DNA of 63,862 nt, counting the filler, from Octopus bimaculoides (taxonomy: Eukaryota), in assembly GCF_001194135.2 (NCBI RefSeq). It is 4 parts of 4 records of this genome, joined end to end, with 100 filler letters (N's around TTAATTAATTAA, not from the genome) between each part and the next. Parts side by side here need not be neighbours in the genome. Positions count along the whole stretch, not along the records: positions 1 to 25,847 come from NC_068985.1; 3 more parts are not named here. The stretch is one strand, 5' to 3'. The notes beneath the pieces were generated by a model. The model was not told where the DNA came from, did no database searches, and worked only from the letters and a program-made list of their open reading frames with translations. This document shows positions 9,780-22,444 of the stretch, piece after piece. The position numbers and the translations under genes are program-made. Each line of letters begins with the position of its first letter. Within the stretch, counting starts at the first letter, position 1.

Positions 9780-12337
9780 GTGTCGATTACAGTGGAAACA
9801 TAGTATTGAGATATATAATACCATTATTTATTATATTTACAATTGTATTTGATTCAAGAATTGAGAAAGATAAGGTACTCCAAACCTGAGGCTTTCATTT
9901 TGCAATCCATTATATTTAGTAATCTAGTGATCGTAAATGTATTCTTGATAGGTAGTGGGTGACCATTCAAATAGTAGAAACTACTCAACCGCTGAATTTA
10001 AGATCCTGCTTATTTGCGGTAGCGGTAGCTACTCATGTTTTGAAAATGTGTAATTGATTTGCATCTTTTGGTTTTGAGAATTTCTCAGATATATTCCTGG
10101 CCAAACTCTTGCCAATCACTTAAACCAAATTCTATTATTCCCTTATTATCGTGCGATATCTCTGCAGACCATGGTTCGACTTGATCTAGGAAACGGAAGT
10201 GTTAACGTTTCATAATCGAATTTGGTACCATTCCATAAAATTCAGCAATCATTTACGTATATTTCAACCGTTTTTGCTCCTCAGTATTTCTTTCACCTTG
10301 TGTCTGTTTTTTCCTCGCTTCTCCTCGTTTCGTTTCATTTTCATACTATTTCTTCCCCTAGTCTTGTCTAGCGTTTCAAGTTCTAAATATGCTATTTAAA
10401 TATACATAGAGATTTATACAGTAATATTTATTCGACAGATGTTCTTTAAAGAGTCAATCAATTTCTTAATATTTTACTGAGATACAGGAAATATTTCTTG
10501 TTTGGAATTCATGTCATTTACGTATGATTGATTAATATCTAAATTAATTCTTTCTAATATTTCAACGCAATATCTAAGAATCAGTGACGTATTTGACATA
10601 TAGTTTCATTGTTATCATTGTTTTCAATTGTTAACCTAAGCTTGAGTTGTTATTTTCAGCCAATTGATTCTTTAATATTAATCGCGGAACTACATTGTGG
10701 AAAGCCCCTTTCATTGATGTAACAAATGTAATTAATCATCGTTTGATCATTGTATATAACAAATTAGTTAAAACATTATTATTAACTTTTGAGAAGCATT
10801 TTTACGTCTTATGCCCTTGAGTCTGTAGCGGAGTGTCTCGTAGGTGTACGTCGATGTTTATTTTATCGGTCACATAACAATTAAAGAGAACGTCGACGCC
10901 GGGGAAGTTTGACATCATTTAATGTAACCATGTTCCACAGGATGGTATATAGAATGACTACCAGTATTGTGGTACTAATATATTATCTTACATTAGTATT
11001 TACGTTATATTATCGTTCTATCCAACTATATTGTGAATTTCTGTGAAGAAATGAACATGTAAACTAGAACGGATGTTTCTATGAGTTAGATTCTATAGTT
11101 ATATTATGATATAAGTATGCTGCAATAACATCAATGTTGGAACCATATTTGTTCCTTTGCGGCAGCCATTCTGGTCTAAAACTCAATGTTAGATCTACAG
11201 AATAGCCGGTCGATTACCACTATACTGCTCTACACCTATCATTTTACATATCTCTACCTTCATTCTTTCTCCAATAGTGGAAAATTTATTCCGAAGAGAC
11301 ATCGGAATAATTAATGGAATTTTCTATTAATCGTAACTTTTGCAGGCTAAATGAATATCAAAGAGGAATTTAAATACTCCTCTATATTCAAATGCCCTTC
11401 AACTCCCCTCGAAAGGTGAGGAGTTTCTTCACACCTCATTTTCTGAACTTTTCACATTATTTAAAAGAACGACTTTCCATGTGCATGGACATGCAACTGG
11501 GTATCACTAGCAGCCAGATCCCTCGTAGATATCAACCAAGCATTAGATCCTATGAGTTACAGAATAATTAATTATAGATTAAAAGTGACGGTTATTGAGA
11601 ATTTCGATATGGTCACAGCTACAACGGCTATGGTCATTTGACTGCTGGATCAAGTCCGTTTAAGGTATCAGTAAAAGCAGCTGTTTTTATTAAGTAGATA
11701 ATATTAATAGATATACAGAGATGAAGGTCCAAAATGTGGTGCGTTCTCTCCCTTGGAACCTACTGACATCCAGTATGCGGAGTTTTAGACAGAATTTGCA
11801 CTATCAAGCTATTTCTGTGAAATGACAACTAAAATTCTGGGTCCTTGAAAGACAAATCCAGTATTTCTTTCCGATTCTTTTCCCCATTCTCATTCGATTT
11901 AGACTCTGGTAAATAAGTTTAATCAGTGCAGGGAAATCAAATTAATGATTAAATATTCATTTTCCACACTCAGGTAATATAATTATGAAACAAAACATCG
12001 AAATACTTTGTGAATGAAAAAAAAAGCCTTTGGCCGCTTATAAGAAAGGTGCACCGAGAATGTCTATATACATTCTTTGTCCTGAAGGCATCCGTATTAA
12101 CTTTGTGCAAACAAAAATATTTACTTTACCTTCTTCTATTTTACTACTAATAAAATGAGAACCGACTTTTGAATGTCTCCCAAGGTATCACGAGTATAAC
12201 TTCATTGTATGTTTAGGAAGTAATCTAATGCTCAATTAATTATATGAATAGTTCTTTCCAAAACATTTATTTGAAAATAAATCAACAATATTTACAAGTA
12301 TTTTAGAAGCTTTTAGCTGTTATATATATATGTATAT

Positions 12338-12513
12338 ACTCTTTACTCTTTTACTCTTTTACTTGTTTCAGTCATGTGACTGTGGCCATACTGGAGCACC
12401 GCCTTTAGTTGAGCAAATCGACCCCAGGACTTATTCTTTGGAAGCCTAGTACTTATTGTATCGGTCTCTTTTGCCGAACCGCTAAGTTACGGGGAAGTAA
12501 GCACACCAGCATC
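12338..12513 (-). mobile_element. SINE-B 3' part with (GAGTAAAA)n-type tail
   Basis: Reverse complement of the SINE-B 3' end; tail AACAAGTAAAAGAGTAAAAGAGTAAAG. Confidence 0.85.
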
Positions 12514-12514
12514 G

Positions 12515-12700
12515 GTATTCCTTGAAGAAATCTGTCTAGACTCCGTTTAAAGCTGATAGGATCCTTTTCCTCTTTTATCTGTTTCAGGACAATGTTAAAC
12601 AGGGCAGGGCCTGTTGAGGAAAAGAAATTATGCCGCAGTGTACCCATATGTTGTGATCCTGAATTGGACAGGGGACGTATGGCACCAGCGTTGGATGAAC
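12515..12700 (-). mobile_element. CR1/L2-group LINE ORF2 C-terminus
   Basis: GTLRHNFFSSTGPALFNIVLKQIKEEKDPISFKRSLDRFLQGIP fits the GPxLFNxLP...FKxxLDxFL motif. Confidence 0.8.
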
Positions 12701-13196
12701 TATAATAATTTTGCAGTATTAACTTTTCAGAATACAGTTGTTCAAACGTATACTAGAGGTGAAACGTAAAAGGGCGAAATATAATTCATTTTCTGAAATG
12801 ATAAATGTACCGTCCGCTTCTCTCATTATAAATGTGACGATTTTCAAAGTACATTTAATTAACATGTGCTGAAGTGTAACCTTTGATTTTGAGGTGTAAA
12901 TTAATAAATATAGATATTGTATTTTTTTTTGTGTGCTAAATGGTAAATAACTATAAATTATGGATTTTTTTTTTCATTTCATATTTTGAAGAACATCAAC
13001 TAATTTTCTGCCTCCGTCATTTTCTTTTCAAAAGGAAAACTAATTCGTATAACATTATACGATACATATATATATATGTATGCGTATATATATACAAAGA
13101 GAGAGAGAGAGAGAGAGACAAACAGAGACAGCTAGACATAGATTAATATAAATATATATGCATATATATATATTCATATTTGTGCTATATATATAA

Positions 13197-13233
<37 letters not shown>

Positions 13234-13284
13234 TAATAGATAGACATACACACAGACTGACAGATAGCCAGAAAACAGAGAGAC

Positions 13285-13328
<44 letters not shown>

Positions 13329-13360
13329 GCATACATACATATTATACACANNNNNNNNNN

Positions 13361-13399
<39 letters not shown>

Positions 13400-14057
13400 G
13401 TTTCCTAATTATGCAGCGTGTGCGCATGTGTGTGTACATATGAAAACAGTTAGACAGAAAGATACAGATGCCTATGCGTGTATGTGTTTGTATATATCAA
13501 TTTACAAGTATATGCGTGCGTGTTTGGGATTATATTTTTAAGATTTTCTAAATGTCAAAGCACTGTGTAACTGTGAATTGTGTACGTATTACATGCGATT
13601 CGGCAAGGACTATCCTGAGCTTCCATGATCATGAATAGCAAAGATTACATTAGAAGTTGCAACAGTCAGCATTACTATCTCTGACAAGACAGCAGACATA
13701 CCAGACATATTACATGCTCGTCGGTTAACCTTGATTTAGCATAGTTGGTTGTTGAAAATGCTTAGTCGGAAATCTTAATCGAGCCAAAGAAAGCAAGATA
13801 CGTTGTAGCAATATGTTGCAAAATTTTCCTCACATAGAAAAACAGAAATATTCAAGATTGGAGCTGAATTTTAGATGAAGATCAGTAAGTCCAAGTTGCA
13901 TATTTTGATTATTTTCATCAACTAGGAATGTAAATGATGATGATATCAGAAAGAAGTCATGGAATCTAGGAGAAGATTCAGTATGAATGTCTATTAGCTG
14001 GGAAATATAATTGACTTAGTGACATTTCATCCGTCTTTACGTTCTGAATCCCAAATA

Positions 14058-14215
14058 CATCGACCCCAGTGCATAACTGGTGCTTAATTTATCGACCCCG
14101 AAAGGATGAAAGGCAAAGTCGACCTCGACGGGATTTGAACTCAGAACGTAAGACAGACGAAATACCGCTAAGAATTTATCCTGGCGTGCTAATGTTTCTG
14201 CCAGCACGCCGCCTT
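14058..14215 (-). mobile_element. SINE-A, 3' truncated
   Basis: Reverse complement of the SINE-A head and central domain. Confidence 0.85.
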
Positions 14216-14879
14216 AAAAAAAATGTTTTATTATTACTATGAACAAGGCGACGAGCCGGTAGAATCGTTAGCACGTTGGACGAAATGCTTAGTGGNNNNN
14301 NNNNNNNNNNNNNNNNNNNNNNNNNNNNNNNNNNNNNNNNNNNNNNNNNNNNNNNNNNNNNNNNNNNNNNNNNNNNNNNNNNNNNNNNNNNNNNNNNNNN
14401 NNNNNNNNNNNNNNNNNNNNNNNNNNNNNNNNNNNNNNNNNNNNNNNNNNNNNNNNNNNNNNNNNNNNNNNNNNNNNNNNNNNNNNNNNNNNNNNNNNNN
14501 NNNNNNNNNNNNNNNNNNNNNNNNNNNNNNNNNNNNNNNNNNNNNNNNNNNNNNNNNNNNNNNNNNNNNNNNNNNNNNNNNNNNNNNNNNNNNNNNNNNN
14601 NNNNNNNNNNNNNNNNNNNNNNNNNNNNNNNNNNNNNNNNNNNNNNNNNNNNNNNNNNNNNNNNNNNNNNNNNNNNNNNNNNNNNNNNNNNNNNNNNNNN
14701 NNNNNNNNNNNNNNNNNNNNNNNNNNNNNNNNNNNNNNNNNNNNNNNNNNNNNNNNNNNNNNNNNNNNNNNNNNNNNNNNNNNNNNNNNNNNNNNNNNNN
14801 ATGATGATGATATCAGAAAGAAGTCATGGAATCTAGGAGAAGATTCAGTATGAATGTCTATTAGCTGGGAAATATAATT

Positions 14880-15048
14880 GACTTAGTGACATTTCATCCG
14901 TCTTTACGTTCTGAGTTCAAATTCCGCCGACATCAACTTTGCCTTTCGTCTTTTCGGGGTCGATAAATTAAGTACTAGAACGATGTAATTGACTAGTTCC
15001 CTCCCCTAAAAAAAGTTCAGGCCGTGTGCCAATAGTAGGAAGGATTAT
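14880..15048 (+). mobile_element. SINE-A, 5' degenerate
   Basis: B box, central domain and tail present. Confidence 0.85.
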
Positions 15049-15065
15049 TATTGGTCAATATGAAG

Positions 15066-15279
15066 ACGGCGAGCTGGCAGAAACGTTAGCACACCGGGCA
15101 AAATGATTGGTAGTATTTCGTCTGCCGTTACGTTCTGAGATCAAATTCTGCCGAGGTCGACTTTGTCCTTCATCTTTTCGGGGTTAATAAATTAAGTAGC
15201 AGTTGCGTACTGGGTTCGATCTAATCGACCGGTCCCCTCGCCTAAAATATCAGGCATTGTGCCTAGAGTAGAAAAGAAC
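15066..15279 (+). mobile_element. SINE-A, full length
   Basis: Complete head, centre and tail; tandem to the preceding copy. Confidence 0.9.
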
Positions 15280-15313
<34 letters not shown>

Positions 15314-15789
15314 ATGTGTGTGTGTATACGTACATTTACATGCATGCATATGCATTTACTCATTGATATATGCTTGCCTTTATGTGCCCATGTGTGCGTG
15401 TAAGTGTGTGTGTGTGTGTGTGTGTGTGTGTAGGTTATTTCATTATGCATAGACAGCTTTTTGCGACACTTTGGAATGTAAGGCACAGTGTTCTTCAATA
15501 AAAACTTAATTTTAGCTTCGCTTTCAAAGTAAACAATATGTTTATCAATGAATTTTTGAAACAAATTTCTGGTTTTCTTTGATTTTTGTCAAACACAATA
15601 GACACCCGTATTTTGCTCGTGGAGAACGTGGTTGCTTGTACCTATTAATAGCATATAGATGCTAGGATTTAGATGAATGGGTTACACTATATTTATCTGT
15701 CCATGGAACAATAAAATCTACGGTTTAACACTACTTTCCATGATTAGAATAATGCTTTATGAATATTAAAATAACTATCTTGAAATACA

Positions 15790-16625
15790 TATTGGTCATC
15801 CCATAAATAATTCGGTTTTTTTCAATTGCATGAAGTAAAAGTCGGAAGGAGACGAGGAAAAACTGCCGACATCAACTTGCTATTAAAGCAGGTAGTAATA
15901 TTACCTTGTACAAGTTTAGAAAAGTGCGGATGTATTTTAACAGTTATTTTTTCAAAGCTATAATGGAAGTGACAAAAGAGGGTATTCGGCATATTTTTCT
16001 TTATGTGTTTAACAAAGGTAAGAACACAACGGAAAGTGTGAGGAATATTAATGCAGTATATAATGTTCGGAGAACAAGCGTAAGCCAATATCAACGGTGG
16101 TTCCAGAAATTCCGAGCCGGATACTACAGCCTAGAAAACAAGCCACGTCCTGGAATATCTGTAGAGCTCAACGAGGACGTCTTGCAAATCCTGGTAGAAC
16201 AATATCCCACCTGTTGAGGAATTAGCAGAGAAACACGGATTTGATCCCTCAACCATTCATTGACACCTGTGCCGGAAGCAAAACGGCCACATACAGCGAG
16301 GATGACATTCCAAAGGCTGGAGCAGTTTGAATGGGAAACGATGCCCCAGCTACCATATTCGCCGGACATTGCCCCATGCGATTATCATTTATTTGATATT
16401 CTTCAAAATCATTTGAACGGAATAAATATGAATTGTGTAGCACAGTATTTTTCGTTATGGAGAAGTGAATTTTGGAAGATGGGCCTTATAAGTCTACCAA
16501 AGATATGGAAGAGTATTGTAGAAAAGGAAGGAGAGTATATTTTAGACTAAGAAAGAATTTTGTTATCTTAATTTTGAAAAATAAAAGTATAAAAAAAGCT
16601 GCATTATTTATGGGACTACCCAGTA
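15790..16625 (+). mobile_element. Mariner transposon, internally deleted
   Basis: Imperfect ~30-bp TIRs (TTGGTCATCCCATAAATAATTCGG / GCTGCATTATTTATGGGACTACCCAG) with TA flanks; HTH domain MEVTKEGIRHIFLYVFNKG...RWFQKFRAG (15906-16217); C-terminal RPHTAR...PYSPDIAPCDYHLF (16260-16550); ~835 bp versus ~1.3 kb for a full mariner. Confidence 0.93.
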
Positions 16626-16802
16626 TATACATATATAGGTATTGCATGCGTACACACATACACACACACACACACATATATGCGCGTGTGTGTGTGTGTA
16701 ATATGTATACATACATGAGTGGGGGATGTATCTTTCAAGCATATTTCCATATATCTATCTTTATTAAATATATAAGTGCTGCTGAATATTCATAAAGTTA
16801 TA

Positions 16803-17010
16803 GGGGCCAGTTGACTGAATCGTTACAGCGCCGGGCAAAATGCTTAGCGGCAATTCGTCACTCTTTACCAAATATGTTCAAATCCCACCAAGGTCGACTT
16901 GGCTTTTCATGCTTTTGGCTCTAAATAAAATAAGTACCAGTTAAGCACTGGGGTCGATGCAATCGACATACCCGCTCCCAAGATATTGCTGGCCTAGTAC
17001 CAACATTTGA
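16803..17010 (+). mobile_element. SINE-A, diverged
   Basis: Recognisable head, central domain and tail. Confidence 0.75.
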
Positions 17011-17711
17011 AATCAATATTCATAAACAGAGCTAAAGTAGTTGAAGTATAAACAGAACACCAAGAAAAGGATATTTATCCGCGCAGCAGAAAACTTTAGT
17101 AAAGTATCGACCTGATTACTCCAACGCAAATAATTTAGAATAGCCTTGAGTTGAAAGACTGTATAACTGCGCATGCGTGTATTTGTATTTGACGTCATTC
17201 CGAAGTGCCGTGTCCCATATAAAGATAAAAGGACAACCAACTACTATTGGTGTACAACATAAAATTAGTTATCGATTACCCTTGCAATCAGTGAACGAAT
17301 GTATGTTTTGATAAGAATAATTACGTATCGAATCTCAAGTTATATTTTATTTTAGTCATTTTGGTTTTCAATTTTGTTTTCGTTTGAGTAACATTTATTT
17401 TACTTATATAATCATTGTAACCATATCTGTATGTAGCGCTGTTTAATGTATAATAAGTTGTTCCGAGTTTCAGGCTCATTTTGGCAATCTTCAGCAGTTT
17501 GATTGTTCGTTAGTTAATTAGTTACTCTAGTTCGATATCCTCCATCCCCGCTCTCTCCTTGATTAATAATTATTCAGCGTTCTTAGCTTTATGTTATTTT
17601 TAAAATTACGTTAGTTCTTATTTTCTTCCTTTTTTTTTCTTCTTCTACTGCGAATAGTTCTCGTAATAATACTACTAATAACAAGACAGACATCCTAACG
17701 ACCACTGCTGC

Positions 17712-17738
17712 TGCTGCTACCACTACTACTACTACTAT

Positions 17739-17798
<60 letters not shown>

Positions 17799-17800
17799 CA
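17712..17800. repeat. (CTA)n/(CTG)n microsatellite
   Basis: Direct reading. Confidence 0.95.
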
Positions 17801-17829
17801 ACTCCATCGCTGCTGCTGTCAAAATAAGT

Positions 17830-18217
17830 TACAATATAACATCGCAGTACGAATAAATCATTGTACGAGTAATATGCTGCACGAACCGAGACTCGTAAAA
17901 AGTTTTGTCTTGAAGTACGAGCAGAATTCCGCATTACGAGCACACAAATCTATCTTTAAAGTGATTCAGTTAATAAAACCAGTTGACATGTTTCTTCAGC
18001 ATTCTCTTTTTTATAATTGTCATTTTACTAGTAACTACAACTTCTCTGTTTCAAAACCCATTAAAAAATTATTTTTCAGTGGTATTTTCGGGGCTGGAAC
18101 GGATTAATTATAATTTCGTTAATTTCAATAGAGAAAAATTGATTTGTAAAACGAGTAAATCGTAAGACGAGCTCGGCCATGGAATGAATTAAACTCGTAC
18201 TGCGAGGTATCGCTGTA
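17830..18217. mobile_element. Tigger-like non-autonomous DNA transposon (MITE)
   Basis: Degenerate TIRs TACAATATAACATCGCAGTACGA / TCGTACTGCGAGGTATCGCTGTA, with TA ends. Confidence 0.6.
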
Positions 18218-18728
18218 TTTGACGCTATTTTTGCTTCTGTCTGTCTTTGTGTAAATATGTCTCAGTTTGCATTCTGCTTATGGACATGCGTGTATGTATG
18301 TGTGTATGTATGTGTGTATGTATGTGTGTATGTATGTGTGTGTACGTTGTGTGTGCTTCCCTATGACGTATAAAAATGTGTGAGCACTACTTGAGAGCGA
18401 GTAATTTGATTGTCATGTCATTAATATAGTTTTTGATGTAAGTATCGTTCAGACAAGCAAGTGACTAGAAATTAAATGATAAGAGACAACAATTTAGTAA
18501 TAATTTAAAAGAAGCTGCCAGAAACAGCTTTTCATTATTCTCACCAATATATATGCTGCTTTGATTTCGCTGCACGTTCAACATCAATTGTCTCGATGTT
18601 TTGTAGCGTCCAATAGCTTGGTCGAAATATTGAATGAACAGTTGTATGTAAACGTATCCTTGTGAGGTTACTAAGACCAAAATTATTCGTAGGACATAGC
18701 TACAAGATACATTTCTATTATATACATA

Positions 18729-18830
18729 GGCATAGGAGTGGCCGTGTAGTAAGAAGCTTGCTTTCCAACCACATGGTTCCGGGTTCAGTCCCACTGCGTG
18801 GTACCTTGCGGATGCCACTCCTGCGCCTAT
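18729..18830 (+). mobile_element. SINE-B head followed by an inverted copy of its own 5' end
   Basis: GGCATAGGAGTGGC ... GCCACTCCTGCGCC. Confidence 0.7.
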
Positions 18831-18920
18831 ATATATATTTATGTACGTGTGTGTGAGTGTATATATATATACACTCACACACACGTACATAAATATATAT
18901 ACGCACGCGCACACACACAT

Positions 18921-19300
18921 ATACAGTAGTGGCCAACATTAGAGAACGAAGATATAAAATAAAGATATTTACTTTTCTACGTAATTTTTCCCGAATGGGA
19001 TTTTTACTGCATCTACTTTAAAGCATGTTTGTTCTTTACGATAAATTTGGTAGGAAGTGATTAACAACTAAGTAATTTATAATAGAATAAAAACGTTTCT
19101 TTGGAAAATGCAAGTTGGACAAAATGAGAGATCGTATGACATAAAATTCAAGAAATCAAAATTTTGCCAGAAACTTTCGCAATCCACATCAATATATTAA
19201 GATGTGTACATTCCTGTATTTTTAATGTCCTCAACACATCTCCGTCCACAAGATTTGACCAATTTCTCACATTGTGCTGACGTAAATATATTCCATTCTT
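18921..19300 (-). mobile_element. Tc1-like transposon 3' fragment
   Basis: TIR-like TACAGTAGTGGCCAACATTAGAGAACG; minus strand encodes SAQCEKLVKSCGRRCVEDIKNTG (Tc1 C-terminal LVxSMPRRCxAVIxxKG motif). Confidence 0.65.
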
Positions 19301-19451
19301 CCTGAAGTATATAATATATCTATAATATATCTATTCCATACGTACATTTCACAATTTGGGTTAATTGTAACATCTTTATTAGATCATAGGGGGACATTTT
19401 ATCACATTATGTTACACAGAATTATATTATATATGTCTCTGTCTATGTGTG

Positions 19452-19508
<57 letters not shown>

Positions 19509-19699
19509 GTGTGTGTGTGTGTGTGTGTGTATGTGTGTGCGTGTGTATCTATAGATAGACTGATTGATAGATGACTATGACCAGCACATAAATGAGGTTG
19601 TCTTGACGGGAAATATCTTGTTTTCACTAATTATTCGAAGCATTAATATATGTAGCCGCAAGCAAACGAACAAATTTGCCATCATAAACTTCCTGTATG

Positions 19700-20130
19700 T
19701 CAAGACAATAAACAGAATAAAGGCTTAGGGCGACACGAAGACAAAAATTAAAATGATAATAATACGTATACAGCCAAACAAGCCTTGTGGCGGTAAGACA
19801 AGACGAAATTGGGTGACGCGGAAGAGAAATGAAAAACTGTCATAAAGAACTGTAGCCACGGCAGGGGTAGAGCGAGAAGCTCAGAAAATCGTGACCAGTT
19901 CGGTCGAAGGCAACGCGATAAAGAATGACACCACCTTAGGCCGTATATATACATGCATATATAGGTACAGGGCATCAAAGAAACGTAGACACAATGAGAA
20001 CTGAGAACATAAAAAAACAAAAACATAGAAAACGAACTTTTTTCGAACAACGAAAAAAAAACTAACAAAGAAACAGAGAATTGTGACATGCAGCATAAAG
20101 AACATCCCCTTCATCAGTTGTCCGCTGTTT
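19700..20130 (-). mobile_element. Unclassified pyrimidine-rich repeat (Penelope-like?), related to 40180-40320 and partly to 26360-26860
   Basis: Shares CAACTGATGAAGGG..GTTCTTTATGCTG and CGTTGTTCGAAAAAA with 40180-40320, and CTACCCCTGCCGT-like sequence with ~26470. Confidence 0.45.
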
Positions 20131-20153
20131 TATCTACATACATACACACACAT

Positions 20154-20239
<86 letters not shown>

Positions 20240-20253
20240 TAGTACCTCGGTAC

Positions 20254-20311
<58 letters not shown>

Positions 20312-20315
<4 letters not shown>

Positions 20316-20585
20316 CGTTTCTTTATTGGCCACACTGGGCTGAACACAGAGGGGACAAAATACAAAGTAGGGTCTTTCTTTTGGGGAAGAGAAAAAGAAA
20401 AAAAAAGGAAAGGGGATAGAAATTCGATCAAAAGGGATCGTAAAAGAAAAGGCCGATCAATAGGGATCGTATATTACAGAAATATCATGATGTAAAAAGG
20501 GGTAACAGATTAGGTTTAACCGTGAAAAGAAAAGCCTACGGAAAAGACCATGGTAACCTCAGGCGATAATGTCTTCCAAAAAACG
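20312..20585 (-). mobile_element. L1/Tx1-like LINE 3' end embedded in (GATA)n
   Basis: Ends ...CCCCTCTGTGTTCAGCCCAGTGTGGCCAATAAAGAAAC with a polyadenylation signal; (TAGA)n on both sides. Confidence 0.5.
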
Positions 20586-20586
20586 C

Positions 20587-20640
<54 letters not shown>

Positions 20641-21544
20641 GTGTATATCTGTAGGTGTGTATGCGTGTAGGTGTACGTACACGTATAGAGGAGAGACTTT
20701 GATAAACAGCGTACGTTAGATTCATTACAAGGTGACAAAGCATGCAGAGATGATCATGGAATATATTAAACCAATGTCCAACAGCATAGACAGTATTATC
20801 AATGGGAAGATGCTAAGTTTGTGTTCTCTGTACGTTCAAATTTGATACTTTTACTATTGTAATTTGTTCACGTATTTAGTTAAACATACTCTTACTCTCA
20901 CCCACTGTTCTTTTTGTTGTTGCTGCTGTTGTTGGTGGTAGTGGTGTTGTTGGTGTTGATGGTGGTGTCATGGTCCAGCTAAGCAGTCTTGTATCGCTTT
21001 ATCAGGTAGCTTTCTATGTGTGTTGGCAAATATTTGTCGAGATGTGGTTGGGAATGTTTTCTTTAAGTAGTTAAATTCTACGAGTAACCACCGTGCAATG
21101 CGTTTCACAGTTTGTTTAACTGGCAAGCACTTTGCCAATGAATGTCTATCGTTGCCGGTGCAGCTATCACCTCAAGGCGTCGCCATCTTTGCATCATGGC
21201 GTCACGGTTGGTGCCAAAGAACTAATGCAGATATCATAACGGATCGTTCTGTCACTTGAGGTAATGTATTTCAAGTGAGAAATACAATAATAAATAAATT
21301 CATACATGAGAGCAATTGTTCGTTGATATTGTTATTTACTAAAGATGAAGATGATGCTGCTGCTGCTGATGACGTCACAAATAATAACACCAATAATACT
21401 AATAATCATAATAAGCTTATAAATTTGCGGAAAGTGACCCTGCGAGACCTCTGGCAGCTGGTTGTTGTCCGCTCTCGCAGAATCAACCAGAAAGCTCTGA
21501 AAAGTAAAGTAATAATAATAGAAAATCTAGATAGTAGTCACACA

Positions 21545-21725
21545 GCAATACAAATATATATAACATACAGAAAATTGCACTACTGGTTACTGCACACATC
21601 CTACGCAAAACACTTTCAATACAGTAAACATAAGAGCACCACAACAAACCACAGCACATACCCAAGGCGCACAGAGCTGCGCTCGGTAGTGAAGTGAAAG
21701 CACGTTATAAAAATAAAACTACTGA
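21545..21725 (+). mobile_element. R4/Dong-type RLE LINE 3' end (family 1)
   Basis: TNIYNIQKIALLVTAHILRKTLSIQ* (21550-21627) fits the QKxxLLGTAxILRxxL terminal motif; followed by 3' UTR. Confidence 0.8.
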
Positions 21726-21996
21726 ACAATACCCAAAATGGCTGAAGTCCAAAAGATAGTGCTCATGGGAACTGCCCATATCCTACGTAAAATACTGTCT
21801 ATGTGATCTCAAATTTTAAAGCAAACATAATTTTCTTATGGTTTCTTAAACATTCACTTGAACAAAACTGTACAAATCCAAATATATGGTACCCTAGGCA
21901 TAACACCTACATGAACTTCTAACTTGTTGTCTCTTGAGGTCTCTGGGTGAGACTTGGATCCAACTTGTACAAATGCAAAACAAAAGTCAAACATAA
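21726..21996 (+). mobile_element. R4/Dong-type RLE LINE 3' end (family 2)
   Basis: IPKMAEVQKIVLMGTAHILRKILSM* (21729-21806), a different 3' UTR, then (TAA)n. Confidence 0.85.
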
Positions 21997-22024
21997 AATA
22001 ATAATAATAATAATAATAATATTA

Positions 22025-22078
<54 letters not shown>

Positions 22079-22080
22079 AT
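21997..22080. repeat. (AAT)n abutting (ATT)n, an inverted microsatellite junction
   Basis: Direct reading. Confidence 0.95.
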
Positions 22081-22204
22081 TATCCTTTCTACTATAGGCA
22101 AAAGGCCTCATTACGCAGCAGTTACTAAATTTATCGATTGGCTGGGAAAATGTCAGCAGTTGCGAACAGGTAATTGCGTAGGTATATAATCGAAGGTGTA
22201 ATAT

Positions 22205-22370
22205 GTAGAATTGTTAAAATTATTTACATTATCTACATTCAACGGATATCAGTCCTCATCTTGTTAGTTGTTAACACAACGTTTCTGCTGATATACCTCC
22301 CAGCCTTCATCAGGTGTCTTGGAGGAATTTCGAACTTGGGTTCTCATTCCTAAGGTATTTTTTGATGTTG

Positions 22371-22444
<74 letters not shown>

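Noticed and set aside
20095-20125. CTGATGAAGGG (also ~40195) as a hammerhead
   Set aside because: No stem II partner, GAAAC or stem I complement at a workable distance in either copy
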